Source: Dirinaria sp. TL-2023a (Eukaryota). Taken from it: 32,252 bases of DNA. Both the position numbers and the translations under genes were made by a program. The notes under the pieces are model-generated. The model was not told the DNA's origin. It was given only the letters and a program-made list of their open reading frames with translations, and did not search any database. Where the stretch lies: contig JAVEBF010000083.1 of the NCBI GenBank assembly GCA_051941275.1, positions 1 to 32,252 on the forward strand. The letters are read 5' to 3'. How positions within the stretch are numbered: the stretch's first letter is position 1; every line of letters starts with the position of its first letter. This document shows positions 12,385-24,679 of the stretch, one piece after another.

Positions 12385-15300
12385 ATGACTGCATGTGAGA
12401 CTGCTCAAACTCCGCAACCGTCAATGGCAGAGCTTCTGCTTCCTCAACTGGTTGAGAGCCGCGCAAGGACGGACCCTGATGCTATCTATGCCGAGTATCT
12501 CGTATCACCTTCAAGCTACGATGATGGCTACCGCAAGATTACTTATGCAGACTTGGCAAATGCAGTGAATGGCATCGCTTGGTGGCTTCACCATGCCTTG
12601 GGTCCAAGTCGAGGTCTTGAGACGCTAGCTTATATAGGCCCGAATGACCTGAGATATCCCGCTTTGGTGCTGGGGGCCGTAAAGGCTGGCTATGTGGTAT
12701 CCAAAAGGGTTTCTGCATTGCTTTATTGACATAGTGTACTGAGCAGAGCACAGATGTTCCTTACTTCACCCCGGAACAGTGTTCCCGCGCACTTGAATCT
12801 CTGCCACCAACTCAATTGTAGGGTGTTGTTGTCTCCCACGTCCCACCCGTCAGCTGTGACCGCCATCAATCATGCTAAGAAGATGCGGATTCTAGAAGTA
12901 CCGGAAGTCGACTACTTCCTCGGTCAAATCAGTCCTCAATACCCATACGAGAAGTCACTTCCAGCGGCTCAGGACGACCCCCTTTTTATTGTGTATGAAT
13001 GCTCCAAGACTTCTCATTGTTAGCGCACACGCTCATGCGCTACAGCCATACTTCCGGCTCCACTAGCATGCCGAAACCCATAATTTACACGAATGCCACT
13101 GCAGCCATGAATATTAGAATGATATCACTAGACCCACCGAGTGGCTTCGAAAGCCAGGATAGACTGTATCAAGGCAATAGAGTTTTTATAACATTCCCAG
13201 CCTTTCATGTATGTCTGCTCTGGCAGCGCCCTTTCTGCAAGACTCATGCCTGGAGATTTGCTAACTAGCTGGTCAGGGAGCTTATCTCGTCACCTTTCTG
13301 TTCAATGCAATACCCTTTGGAACAACTATGATTGCACCAATATCAGCAGCCCTTCCTTCTGGGAGCGGACTTGTAGCAGGTTTGAGAAAGACTAGCGCGG
13401 ATGTTGCGTTTATTGTCCCCTCTATAGTACAAGATCTCAGTCAAGACTTGGATCTCTTGGACTATTGCGCTCAACATCTCGACGCTATTATCTACTGTGG
13501 TGGGGATCTTCCTCAGGCGATCGGTGACATCGTTGCGGCTAAGATCAAACTGCTGAACCAATTTGGCGCCACGGAACTGGGCTTAACCCCTAATATCCTT
13601 TCGCTACAGGATCGTAGCAACGCGGACTGGAAGTATGTTCAGTTTCATCCCAAAATTGGCTTGGAACTCCGGCATGTTGCAGACGGCGTATTCGAACTCT
13701 ATGCGGTACGCAAGCCTGAACTGAAGGAATACCAGCCAACTTTCACTCTTTTCCCTGACAGACAAGAATACGCTACCCGTGATCTGTTTGTTCAACATCC
13801 ACACAATGTCGACCTTTGGAGATGGAAAGCTCGCGCGGACGACATTATTGTTTTCCTCAACGGCGAGAAAACAAATCCAATCTCCATGGAGCAGCATGTA
13901 ACGGCGAGCAACCCCGAAGTGGCAGCTACTCTAGTTGTTGGGGCTCAACGTTTCCAAGCAGGCCTTTTGATCGAGCCATCAAGTGCTCACGAGGATCTAT
14001 CGACCTTCCAGCGTGCAGATCTCATTGAGAAAATATGGCCAAGTATAGAAGAAGCCAATTTTGAAGCACCGAGTCATGCTCGCATTTTGAAGTCTCATAT
14101 CCTTTTCACCAGCACACAAAAGCCAATGTTGCGCGCTGGAAAGGGGACTGTTCAAAGGTCGGGCACTTTGAAAGCATACGAATCGGGGATCGAAGCCTTG
14201 TACCGAGATGCTGATCAGATGTCAATCTACTCTGGTACACCAGCCGCAGTTGGACCCTTCTCGTTTGATGAGGACAAATTTTCTCAATGTATCAGCAATA
14301 CCATCATGTCGGTCATGAGCTGGCCTCAACTCTCGGAGTCTGACAATTTCTTCACTCTTGGAATAGACTCACTTCATATCATCCTCCTAACTCGCAAACT
14401 GAAACAACAGCTACGGCTACGCAACCTCAGTCCCAGTACAATTTACACAAATCCCTCGGTGTCGACTCTCTCAAACGCGATTTTAAGTATGCATCATCAG
14501 TCTCAGGCCACATCATCTACCATGTACCAAGCACGAGTGAAGAAGCGCAATGATTCGCTAGAGGAATACAAAGGGTATATAGATCAGCTAGGCTGCTCCT
14601 CAGACCCTAAAGAATCCAAAGCAACCAATCTGGAGACCGTCATACTTACAGGATCGACTGGGGCCCTTGGATCCTACATCTTGGACAGGCTACTTACCAA
14701 TCCCGCTGTAGGTCACATATACTGCCTAAATAGAGCGACGGATAGTTTTGCCCTCCAGATGGAAAGAAGCCAAGCACGAGGCCTGAAAACGCACTTTGAG
14801 TCGTCAAAGGTAACCTTTCATTGCTGTGACCTGACCAAGCCTGAGCTCGGTTTGTCTGCAGATATATATGCAGAGCTCCTTGCTGCAACTACATTGACTG
14901 TTCACAATGCATGGCCTGTTAACTTCAACCTCGATCTTCCTTTATTCCGCCCGCAATTGGATGGCATGGTCAATCTAATTGATTTTGCATCCAAGTCATT
15001 GAAAAAAGCACACTTATTCTTCATCTCTTCAATCAGCTCTGTCATGTCTCATACTGGTTATGAGGGTAACATACCCGAACAAGTCATCCTTGGAGACTCT
15101 TCAACGGCCGCGAACGGATACGCAGAGAGTAAATATCTTTCCGAGATGCTTCTTGACCATGCAGGACAGAAAATGGGCATGTGCAGTTCTATTGCTCGAG
15201 TGGGCCAACTGGCAGGGGCGGTCGACGGGGTTGGAGCGTGGAATGCTGCCGAATGGTTCCCAAGTCTTGTGATTAGCTCTTTCCACGTCGGAGCTCTACC

Positions 15301-15847
15301 TGCCTCTCTGGGGCCCGCATTTGACAGCATAGATTGGCTCCCAATCGATCTCTCAGCGGATGTTGTCGTTGATCTAGCGCTCAGTGGACCTCGAGCGCCA
15401 AGTTCACCTCCAGCAAAAGATGCCTCCAACGTTCTGAATACGGCCCAGAACGTGTACCACCTGGTAAACCCTCAGAAGATTCAATGGTAGGCCGTGAGGA
15501 TGACTGTGGCGACGGCTATTTCGCAGTCCACCAAAAAGATCATAGATGTTGTGCCGTCGGGTGACTGGCTAGCGAAAGTGCGCAAGGAAATGGAGCGGCA
15601 AATCTTAAGCTCAAAGATTGTTGAAAAAGCAGATCTGGAGAAAGCTTTGCAGCTGAATCCTGCTGCGAAGCTGCTCGATTTCTACGAGGAGATATTCCGA
15701 CCAGCCGATGAACCGGTCTCCCAGTTTGAACTGCAGCAGACACTTCGACTCAGTGCAACACTTCGGAACATGCACAGTCTTCGGGAGCCTTGGATCCAGC
15801 GATGGGTGGCCCAGTGGCTTGAAAGCTTAAGTAACGGTAGCTCTTGA
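12385..15847 (+). CDS. NRPS-like A-T-R enzyme (carboxylic acid reductase type) interrupted by an in-frame TAG at 15488-15490; exons 12385-12696, 12754-12992, 13046-13208, 13277-15847
   Basis: A domain ITYADLANAVN, LTSPRNS, VHTSGSTSMPKPI, QFGATE, TRDLF, RADDIIVFLNGEKTNP, GKGTVQR; T domain NFFTLGIDSL; R domain ILTGSTGALG, HNAWPVNF, FISSISS, GYAESK, RVGQLAG, WNAAEW. ORF 15494-15847 continues in the same frame (DWL...LNPAAKLLDFY). May be a pseudogene. Confidence 0.92.
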
Positions 15848-16681
15848 TCGAGAACAGGGGCAAAACGTCCACCGGGGCCTAGAATGGAGTGCGTCTGTCG
15901 GGTTATCACAGCATTCAGGTCTAGACGATGCAGCAGCAGATATGGTTGCTTAAGCCTAATCAACGGACTGGGAAATGCTCTGTGGTGGCCCACTTTCGGG
16001 GACTATACCGTGGAAGCCTGGTATAAGAAATCGAAATTGCTAAGGTTAAAGACCTGAGATTGCCTTCTGGATCCGACACGAATAAAATCTTCCGTTTTCA
16101 AGTACGTTTGTTTCTACCTGCTACCGATCCTAGCTTATTATGCTGCTGCTCTACCCCAGCTGCAAGCCTTTAGCGAGTATTAGCAGGTAGTGAATGCCGC
16201 GCTTGCAGCGAACGCTAAGCGCCTCCATCACTTACCCTTTGTACTGTATGTGGGCTACTTAAACTTTATCATGTCCTGGAACTCGCCTAAAAGCTTGCCA
16301 TTGATACCACCAGCATACTACGTAAAGACGCATATCTTCAAAACCCTGCATCGTGACTAGTACAGATAGTGCCGGACTTGCCGCTCGGAAGTACTCGCTC
16401 AAATGATTGTATTGGTAAAGTCTGCCATCCCTGATCCCACGGACTACCAGAAAGATATCAGTCTTCTATGCAACGCCTTTAGCTTGAAAACAAAAGAACA
16501 ATATAACCGGACCAATCAGGCTTACCAAGGCAAAGTAGACTTGTGCCGAGAACTGCTATAAGTAAGTAGCTAAGAATGTACTCGCAAGGAGACAAGCCCT
16601 CATCTTTCTGTGATCCTAGCTTTCGTTAAAACTCAAACTCTCAATAGACATTCCACAACTGTTCCAACTTCAACCCTAACC

Positions 16682-17362
16682 ATGACGACTTCAGGAAGCT
16701 GCTGTATGTTCATCAAAACACCCTTGCCTCTCAAAGTACATACTGACCAAACACACCACAGTGTGTGGCGCAATCACTACTTCATTGATCGGCGCTCCTC
16801 AACTCAAGGTCCAGATAATCACATCGCCCCAAAATCACGAGAGATCCTGCTGATTCAGCTTGGGTACTAGGGACTCTGTCACTGCACTGACTGCCGCAAA
16901 GTCAGCGGAAGCGCTTTCAGCACCAATCTTATTGTCGCCGCCGACGCATACACGTTGCAGTCTGGGGAACCGGCAAAGTACTCCAAACCATCTGACGCGG
17001 GCAACACCATCACGTCCTACTTCTGCAAGGACTGCGGTACCACGCTGTGGCGTGAGACGACGGGCATGCCGGTATTATTTTCTTCTCTCCATTTCCCCCT
17101 TTTTCGTTCCTTGCGATTCTGTACCCACTACAGGACTCGAATGCTGACAGACGATGGGTTATTTTAAGGGAAAGAAAATTGTCAAGGTAGGAACACAAAA
17201 CCGTTACTACGAGTTCCGTTCATTTTCGGCACTGATACGAGATTCTAGGAAGGCGCGTTGGAAAAGCTTTCCGAGACCAAGCCGGCGGTCGAGCTTTACA
17301 CCAAGCGCCGTGCGGACTGGCTTGAGAAAATCGACGGAGCGGACCAGAAGGCGACGGAGTAG
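16682..17362 (+). CDS. GFA / Mss4-like (CENP-V-like) zinc protein; exons 16682-16703, 16762-16808, 16871-17071, 17169-17186, 17249-17362
   Basis: Spliced product MTTSGSCLCGAI...GLCHCTDCRKVSGSAF...SDAGNTITSYFCKDCGTTLW...KIVKEGALE...PAVELYTKRRADWL carries the CxC, CxCxxC and CxxC zinc ligands. Not visible as a single ORF. Confidence 0.9.
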
Positions 17363-17479
17363 CAGGACTGTTAGCGGCTGGAGATGGGTGTTTGATCTGG
17401 ACTGTGGTCAACAATTTTCCTTAGATTAACCCTGAACCGTTAAGCGGTAGTCACTCTACTCTAGCTAAAAAGTAGCACA

Positions 17480-20400
17480 CGGTATTCTCACAGGTTTCTA
17501 GGGGAAACACTCATTTTCCATCACTTTTATTCAATTCCCCAACATCCACGTATTGGCGCACTAAAAGGTACACAAACTACCATCTGTGATTTTCCGCAGG
17601 TTTCGCTTTTCGGAATCACTGTTTCGCATATTGTTGCTTTCGACCATACACAAGCCGCCTTTTTTTTTTCCCGCCCCACAGCATTACAAAACAATAAATC
17701 CTGGAATCAAGCTCTCATCACCATCCATTAACCCTTCTCTCTTGATCAAAACAAACCCCGTAGATTGAAACGTATAGACAGCATAGCCGTCTCTTCCCAG
17801 CCAACGTAATCCAGAATACTCCAGCCATGCAGGTTAACTAAATCCCAACCAAAACCCTCATCTCCTCAATTATAACCTATACATACACAGCCCATGCGTT
17901 CCTTTTCCTTTTCCCATCCCTTCGCATACCAAACAGCCTCCCGACTCATTAACACTCTTCCTCAACCTATATCCAAAAGAAACGAAAAGCCACAAAAAAA
18001 AGACAGCGCAAAACTCTCTCCCCTAATCCAGCCCCCAATCCAGTTTCCCTTCAACAACCACAGCCAGATCAAGTTTATCATTACGTTCTTCTTCCTTTCT
18101 ATACATGATCTATCCATGAGAAACCACAATCTCCTTCTAAAATCAGCCAAGCTCATTTCATCCTTGCTGCCTATGAAGTCCTGAGGGCCGTGGAATATAC
18201 CAGATGTATGTAGTGAGTTATGCGATATCGGGATGAGGGGGTTGGTTCATATTTTTTTATTGAAAATTGCAGGGGTTCTGGAAAGGCGCTATGACTGGAA
18301 GGATTATAGACCAGAAGAAGAAAAGAAATCGTTAACTCTCAAAAAAGAGATTGAGAGAATAATGGAAGGCATACCACGAAATCTACCTTCCATCCAAATA
18401 ACACACAAAATTCTGGCTTCAATGATCCCATCATAAATCTACTCTAAAAAAACTCCAAGAATCGGATAGACGTAAAAGTTACTGATTTGTGCTAGTTCCG
18501 ACTCAATCAAATTAACATCCTTGATACCCAATCTCTCTGCATTTGGGATAAAGTCAAAAATGCAGAATCTCGCTTTCTTCTTTCGTCTTTGTCTTCGAGT
18601 TTTGATACCAACCTTTTGGTTTCATTGGGTCGATGCTTTGAGTGTGAATTCTGCTTTAGGGGATGATTTTGAAGGATGGTGGAGAGGTTTGAGTTTAGAT
18701 TATTTAATCCAGGGGCTGGTTGATTTACTTCATATACCTATGAAAGAGGACAAAAAGGAAATAAGGAAGAAGAAAAAACTATGTGTTTAGAATTTTCTAA
18801 ACACCGTCAAGCACTTTAGATACCCAAAATTTTGTCCGAGGGGAAGAGCAGTCAGTCAGTATACGTAATTCAAATCGAAGCGGAGATATTGATATCCGTT
18901 TGGGAGAGAAGAAAGAAGATGTTCGAAGCATGATGGTGGAATATAAGATAATTCTGGAGTTGGATAGCAACAGCACCAGCAGCGGAGACTTTTCAAAAAC
19001 CACCTACCCTACCATTTCTCACTCCAAACCCCAAGAATCAACGTCTAAGCTTATATCATCTTCTTTTCTAAATATCCTAATCTTTGTTTCCCTCGTCACC
19101 AGAGCGGTAATACCCTCCCTGCCGCGCACGAAAACAAAGAGAAGAGAAGAGAGAGAAGAGTGTGTAAATAAGATACCGAGTTCCCATGATCTATGATCTT
19201 ATTACGAAGAATATATGATTCATCTCTCGCACGTACGCTGGGATATAGTCCCTCGTAGCATTTCCTTGTGGGAAATCTGGGTCTGAGCTAAGAAGACGTG
19301 AGAAGAAGGATGGGGTGCGATGCACTTTACCCACAGAGAAAAAAGAAGGGAGACAGAAAAGACGAACAGGAACCGATACAAAATGAAGCTCCGCATATCG
19401 TATCCGAATCGCAGATCCACGAATTTCTCACTTTGTCTTGTTGTTTGAAAGGAAAATATTATTCGGCAGAGTAAGAGTAAGAGCTTACATCTCCCACAAA
19501 AAAAAAAAAAACACCAATAAAGCCCGCAATAAAAACAAGAATTTAGATGTTCAGCACCGATTCGCGCTTTCAGCAGAAGAAAACATCTAACCCTCATAAA
19601 TACCAAGTCATAACTCAAAAGTTCCTTTTTCCAACTTCTTTCAAAAATATATGACGGAGAATATCTCCCCCCCCCTCATCTACCTATCCAAATTCCACCT
19701 TCCTCCCCCTGAAACCTCGTCCTCTAAAAGCGAAAAACCCAGCAAAAACCTGATCCTATAACCAAGCTAAGAACCAAAACGCCTCGCTCTCTACAATTCC
19801 TTCCGTGATAGTATCACTCATCAATACCTTCCTTGAACCAAAGAACCACACTAAAATCGCGTCCTATATCTCGCCTTCACAAGCAATCGAAAAAAAATTT
19901 TTTTTTAATGATGATGAAGTCCATCGATCACCCATCTTCCCCCCCCAAACCGGTAAAAAAAAGAAAATTCTTATAGCAGAGATTAGATCACGAAGTGAGT
20001 ATGGGGAATGAGGAGTGTGATGAAGCAAGAATGAGTGTATGAGTATGAACACAGCTAGCTGTCTCTGTACACGCTCGACAAGAGATGCACGAGATGAAAG
20101 AAGCTGCGATGCGGATGTAAGTTCCATGATAGAGTAATGAGATGTGATATTCGCAGCATTGTCGTTGAAGGGAGGGATTTGAGAAGGTTTCGTCGAGTTT
20201 GTGAAGGTGGGGAGATACCGACTTTTCCCCCCTTGTTATTAAAAAGTGAGTTTTCAATTGCTGTTCATTATTGTTTCAAGTTCTTTCTCTTTTTCTTTTC
20301 CTTCTTTCTCGTCCTGATACAGCTTTCGCATCCAACAAGTTTCGGCTGATCAACGCTCAAGCCCGATTCTTGGGAAAGAGCTTTACGATTAGATGGATTA

Positions 20401-20500
20401 TCCGTTATGCTTGTGAAATTAGGTACTTACCACAATAGAGATGTAACCCTTTTAATGATGAGGCTTGAAATTTCAGAGTGAGTCGAAATGTAAATGGTTG
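17480..20500. other. Second AT-rich low-complexity tract
   Basis: A/T homopolymers, purine- and pyrimidine-skewed blocks, no intact gene, no recognisable transposase or RT motif. Confidence 0.6.
18010..18790 (+). pseudogene. Stop-riddled relic of an unidentified spliced gene
   Basis: Frame reads ...QVYHYVLLPFYT*SIHEK...HFILAAYEVLRAVEYTR; a putative intron 18206-18272 (GTATGT...TGCAG) joins in phase to WVLERRYDWKDY. ORFs 18233-18436 and 18521-18790 share one frame and are separated only by stops. Confidence 0.4.
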
Positions 20501-21087
20501 AAAGTACTTAGAGATGGGCGCTAAGTCAGATAATTTCTATCGTTTTAGTATGACTACAGAGGTTCTAGAAAGATCCACGTTTATGTACAAGGGCGCAGGA
20601 CGCTCCAATGCTGTGTTTGTCTGGAATTCTCGGGATAAAGATGCGGCCTCGCTCGGGTCGGGCGTGTCTAAGATACTTGTCTACAGTATACCAAGACTTG
20701 AGTGTATTCTCAAGTGTAGACTCATGCCTTGTATTCTAACGGTCAAGTGACTTCCTTTAAACAAGATCTTAGCTATCCCTGCAATTCGACGGTTTGAGGA
20801 GTTGATGTTCGGCAATTAGGCCAGGATCACCTGTAAGACGTCTGATTATGAGAAATGGTCAATATCAGGCTGTTAGATGCGAGCTTACCGGGAGATGTCT
20901 GGCTCATTCGAAAAGGTTCTTCTGTATGACTGGGACCATTAGATTCGCTAGATTTGAATCTACTGCTCTCGTGGCAGAGACGCGAAATGGCGGATTGCGA
21001 TGTGGTGGAGATATGGCAATGGCTAAGCCGCGGCGCGAGATTGAAGGATAATATGTGAGCTTGGAGCCGAAATGAGCATGGCTCAGT

Positions 21088-22671
21088 CTAGGGTATCTTG
21101 ATCTGATTGTCTTTGGTGCATATCATCTCATTCGCATACGCCCGGTAACGACTTAATAGGTCGGTGTCATAGAGCTCATGTTGGGTTCTGAAGCTGAAAT
21201 GAGCGGCGATGGCGTGGGTGTTAACAAACAGTGCTATTGGATATTGTCAGTTTTCACATAACGGACGAATCTACAACGCTTACGTCTTTCCAGCTGCTTT
21301 GTCAAAGTTTCAGACAGAACCCGCTCGTCATCCGTATCCTTGAAAGGTACCGCGTTAAGGACGTCTTTGCCCCAGATGGCCATGAAGTTGATGTTCATTC
21401 TGTCGTACGTCATATCCCATATGCCTTCTCGCATTGGATCGATGCCGTCTCCATACCAATACTTGCGGAGTTGATTCTTTTCAAGGTTTTCGAGGAAGGA
21501 GTAGTGCAATTGTGCGGCAATGGCCCAACTTTTCCACTCGGGTCCGAAGGCATTGTATTCAGCGTGACCGATCGGCGTCTTGTACAGATTCTTCTTCGAT
21601 TGGTCGGCCAGTGGAAGCCAGCGATGTCCTTTAAAGGGTGGCGCTGCCGGATCTGAGTAATCCAGAACCTCGTCACCTGTTCCCTTTTCCACGTTGATAG
21701 GGAACTCGAAGTCGTCGCCTTCCCAAATGGGTAACTCGGAAGCTCTCCAGGCTTTAGGGCCGAGAGCGGCAGGTTTCTGATCTAAAGGATGCTCCATCTC
21801 CGGCGTATATGCATGTACGGCTCCCAGATGGTAGTGAAGCCAGCCAGTCTCGGGGCTGTTGATCAGATTTGCGACGACGTCTAGTGTTTCCGGGTGCTTG
21901 AGCTTGGTGTACACAACATCAGCCACTGCGTTGTCGCTAAAATAGACCTAATTCCACAGTCAGCATTGACGCTAAGGACGCAGCAGAAAGTGAATGTACA
22001 ATATCATCATCTATCTTGATGAATAGATTCTTGTCGTCAACAGAGTGCTCCCAGACACTTTCATAGCCAAGGGTGTCGAGGTGAAGGCTTCTGTACAGTG
22101 GCTCATCTTTGATCAGCTGATGCAAATATTGGAGATCATCATCCTTCTTGGTATTCTCCACCCAGAGCACCTCGTCCAGAAAACCGCCGTTCGAGACAAG
22201 GTTCCGCTTGAGGTAGCAGTCAAGTATCGCAACGACTGGTGGCCTCCCAAAGAATATCAGCCCGATAATCTTGAACCCTGTTGGCTTCTTCCATGGACTG
22301 AGAGATGAAGCATTTGCACTAGGCGGCTGAAGATCCTTGTACGGCGAGTTGCTGGTAGGCTGCTCGTGGCTATTGACCTTCAATCCCCCATGAAACGCCT
22401 TGGGGCCCTTGTGCCAAGCAGCAGCAACAAGTGCGAGTGTGAAGCCTAGGCCCAGGATTATTATTATATTGCGAAGCCGTAGCCAGCTGGGCGCAGATCT
22501 CCAAGTTCTCCGAGTGCCGAACCAGTCGTCTCCCCGCGAGTAGCTTCTGGGCTTGCGGTTATTGGTGTGGCCATTGCCATTTGCCTCCAGCTCGTCAATG
22601 CCATCGAAAGATGATGGGCGCATCAGATGTTGCTGCTGCTCAGCATTCGATCTGGAAGTATGTTCAGACAT
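21088..22671 (-). CDS. Uncharacterised fungal type II membrane protein with DxD motif (putative glycosyltransferase-like); exons 22671-22000, 21947-21284, 21233-21088
   Basis: Single TM IIIILGLGFTLALVAAAW, Ser/Pro-rich stem, then LIFFGR, ILDCYLKRNL..NGGFLDEV, FIKIDDDIVYF, VANLINSP, AAQLHYSFLENLE, INFMAIWG, DDE, AAHFSFRTQ, RYRAYANE. Two in-phase GT-AG introns. Start ATG chosen at 22671. Confidence 0.85.
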
Positions 22672-23058
22672 TTTCAACCACAGACCGTCTGGACAGCCTA
22701 TAAGGCACACTGGTCTGCTGGCATGGATAAGGAGGGAGGACAGGCTGGTGATAGGAATATGTACATGAGGAGCACAGGTTGCTAAGGTACGCGCCCTTTT
22801 GATCGTGGTATTAAGATTAACTCAAGTAGTGAAGAAGCTAAAAGGCACTTACTTGGATGTGGAACGGGCTCAGCCGAGGCTTGTTATATCCGTCGCTGTT
22901 ATCTCCGTATATAGTATAATGGGTGTTGCCCGGCGGAACGAAGGACCGGATGTACTTGTGGTTCTTACATGTTTTCGCTTAGCTAGGTAGGTAGCGAGGC
23001 TAATTCAGGTCCCAAGGTACCTCAGCTCGCTAACTATGTACCTTATCAACTAGTCTAT

Positions 23059-24400
23059 CTACCCAGCAACATTCTCAGCAATCCTCTCTCCATCCGCTCC
23101 CAGCTTGCCCTCCGCCCTTTCCCCTTTCTTCTGCTCTACAGCAAACATTTTCGTTATTGCTTCGACTGTCGTATTACCACCGCTCAGGACGATGCCGATA
23201 TCCCATCCTTCTTCTCCGCCTTCCTCCTCCACCAGATGCCTGAACCCCTCATCGTAAAGGCATACCGCAAGGCCCACGACGGCACTAGGCTCCACAACGA
23301 TTTTCATACGCTCCAGTACTAATTTCATTGCACTCAGGATCTGCTCTTCGCTGACCGCATAGACACCGCGAACTTTAGACTTGTCGCTGATGACTTTCCA
23401 AGTGATTTCCCCAACAGGCGTTCGTAAGCCGTCTGCGATAGTCAAGGTCTTTACAGTGGTGATTCGCTCGTTAGCCGCAAGTCCCCGCCGAGCGTCGTCT
23501 GCTCCTTCGAACGATGGTTCTGCACCAAAGACTGTAGTTCCCGTGCCGCTGAGCGCAGTGGCTACGCCTGACAGCATCCCACCACCGCCACAAGGGGTAA
23601 TCACTGCATCGAGATGCCCTGCACCCTGCTTCAATAGACCGTGAACTGCCGTCGGGCCGTCTCCATTCATATCAACATTGGCGATGTTCGCTTTACCTTG
23701 ACTGTGTGCGCTTAGACTTTCGTCTTCTCTGACCAGCTCCTTGACCTGCTCTTCCAGTTCCAGCGCCATGGTTCCTTGCCCCAGTATTATGTTTGGATGA
23801 TCATAAGGCGGTATCAATATTGCGCCAGTCTTCTTCATCACCTCTTCCACGACTGCTTCGCGCTCTTGCGAGGTGCTGCCACTGAAGATGACTTTGGCTC
23901 CGTATCCCTGCGTAGCAGCGATCTTGGATGGTGTGGATATCTTTGGCATGACAATATGAGCAGGGACTCCAAAGGTGCGCGCCGCGAGTGCGAGTGCTTG
24001 AGCGTGATTGCCTGGGAATGTCCGGCGTGAGCACTATGCATTACTATTGAGCTTGCCATCCAAGCCAGCACGTCCCCATACCTGAGCTGTGCGTGACCAC
24101 GCCCCGCAACAATTCATCTTTGCGCAGCCGAGATAGAGCGTGAAAAGCGCCCCTGATTTTGAACGCGCCTATGCGCTGATGATTCTCACACTTGAAAAAG
24201 AACTTCATTCTTGGTCGTGCTGGCCTTTGACCTTCGAAAGGCGTTCCGACGAGCGCATCGTGTGATTGCGCTGTCGATGCAAGATCCGACAGGGTGTTTG
24301 AGGTCAGGACAGGAGTTCGATGAATGCTTGTCTTGATTAATTCATGGGCGGCTTGGACAGAAGGCCGTGTAAGGGGAGGATGCTCTGTAAGGTTAGCCAT
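23059..24400 (-). CDS. PLP-dependent serine/threonine dehydratase family enzyme (SRY1/serine racemase-like, no ACT regulatory domain); exons 24400-24082, 24011-23059
   Basis: IHRTPVLTS, PLP-lysine motif KCENHQRIGAFKIRGA, spliced THSSGNHAQAL, IPPYDHP..ILGQGT, PCGGGGMLSG, TIADGL, VVEPS, LSGGN. Confidence 0.93.
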
Positions 24401-24679
24401 TATAGTTTCGGATCAAATTAAGCATTGAAAGGGAAGGCAGTAGCCAAAAAAATGAAATGAATGATCAACATGTTTGAAGCTGTCTCGGTCAGCGATTTTT
24501 CGCGTTGCGTTGGCTAAATTGCGTCAGTGCCGCATTTCTCGCCGATGATCGGCAAGCTACCTTTAGGTTTGCTATGTAAATCAGAGACTTTTGGGCCAGC
24601 ACCACAAATGCTGAAGGTATCATACAAAGGAGGCCTAATGCGCCTTGACCGTCCATACATGGGGAATTGGGTATCCGCT

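Noticed and set aside
17962..18156. RRRLWF in a minus-strand ORF suggesting a fungal transcription factor domain
   Set aside because: Isolated short match with no supporting context; the plus-strand relic explains the region better.
7950..20500. Named transposon or Starship element bounded by the AT-rich tracts
   Set aside because: I found no terminal inverted repeats, LTRs, target-site duplication, or transposase, RT or tyrosine recombinase motifs.
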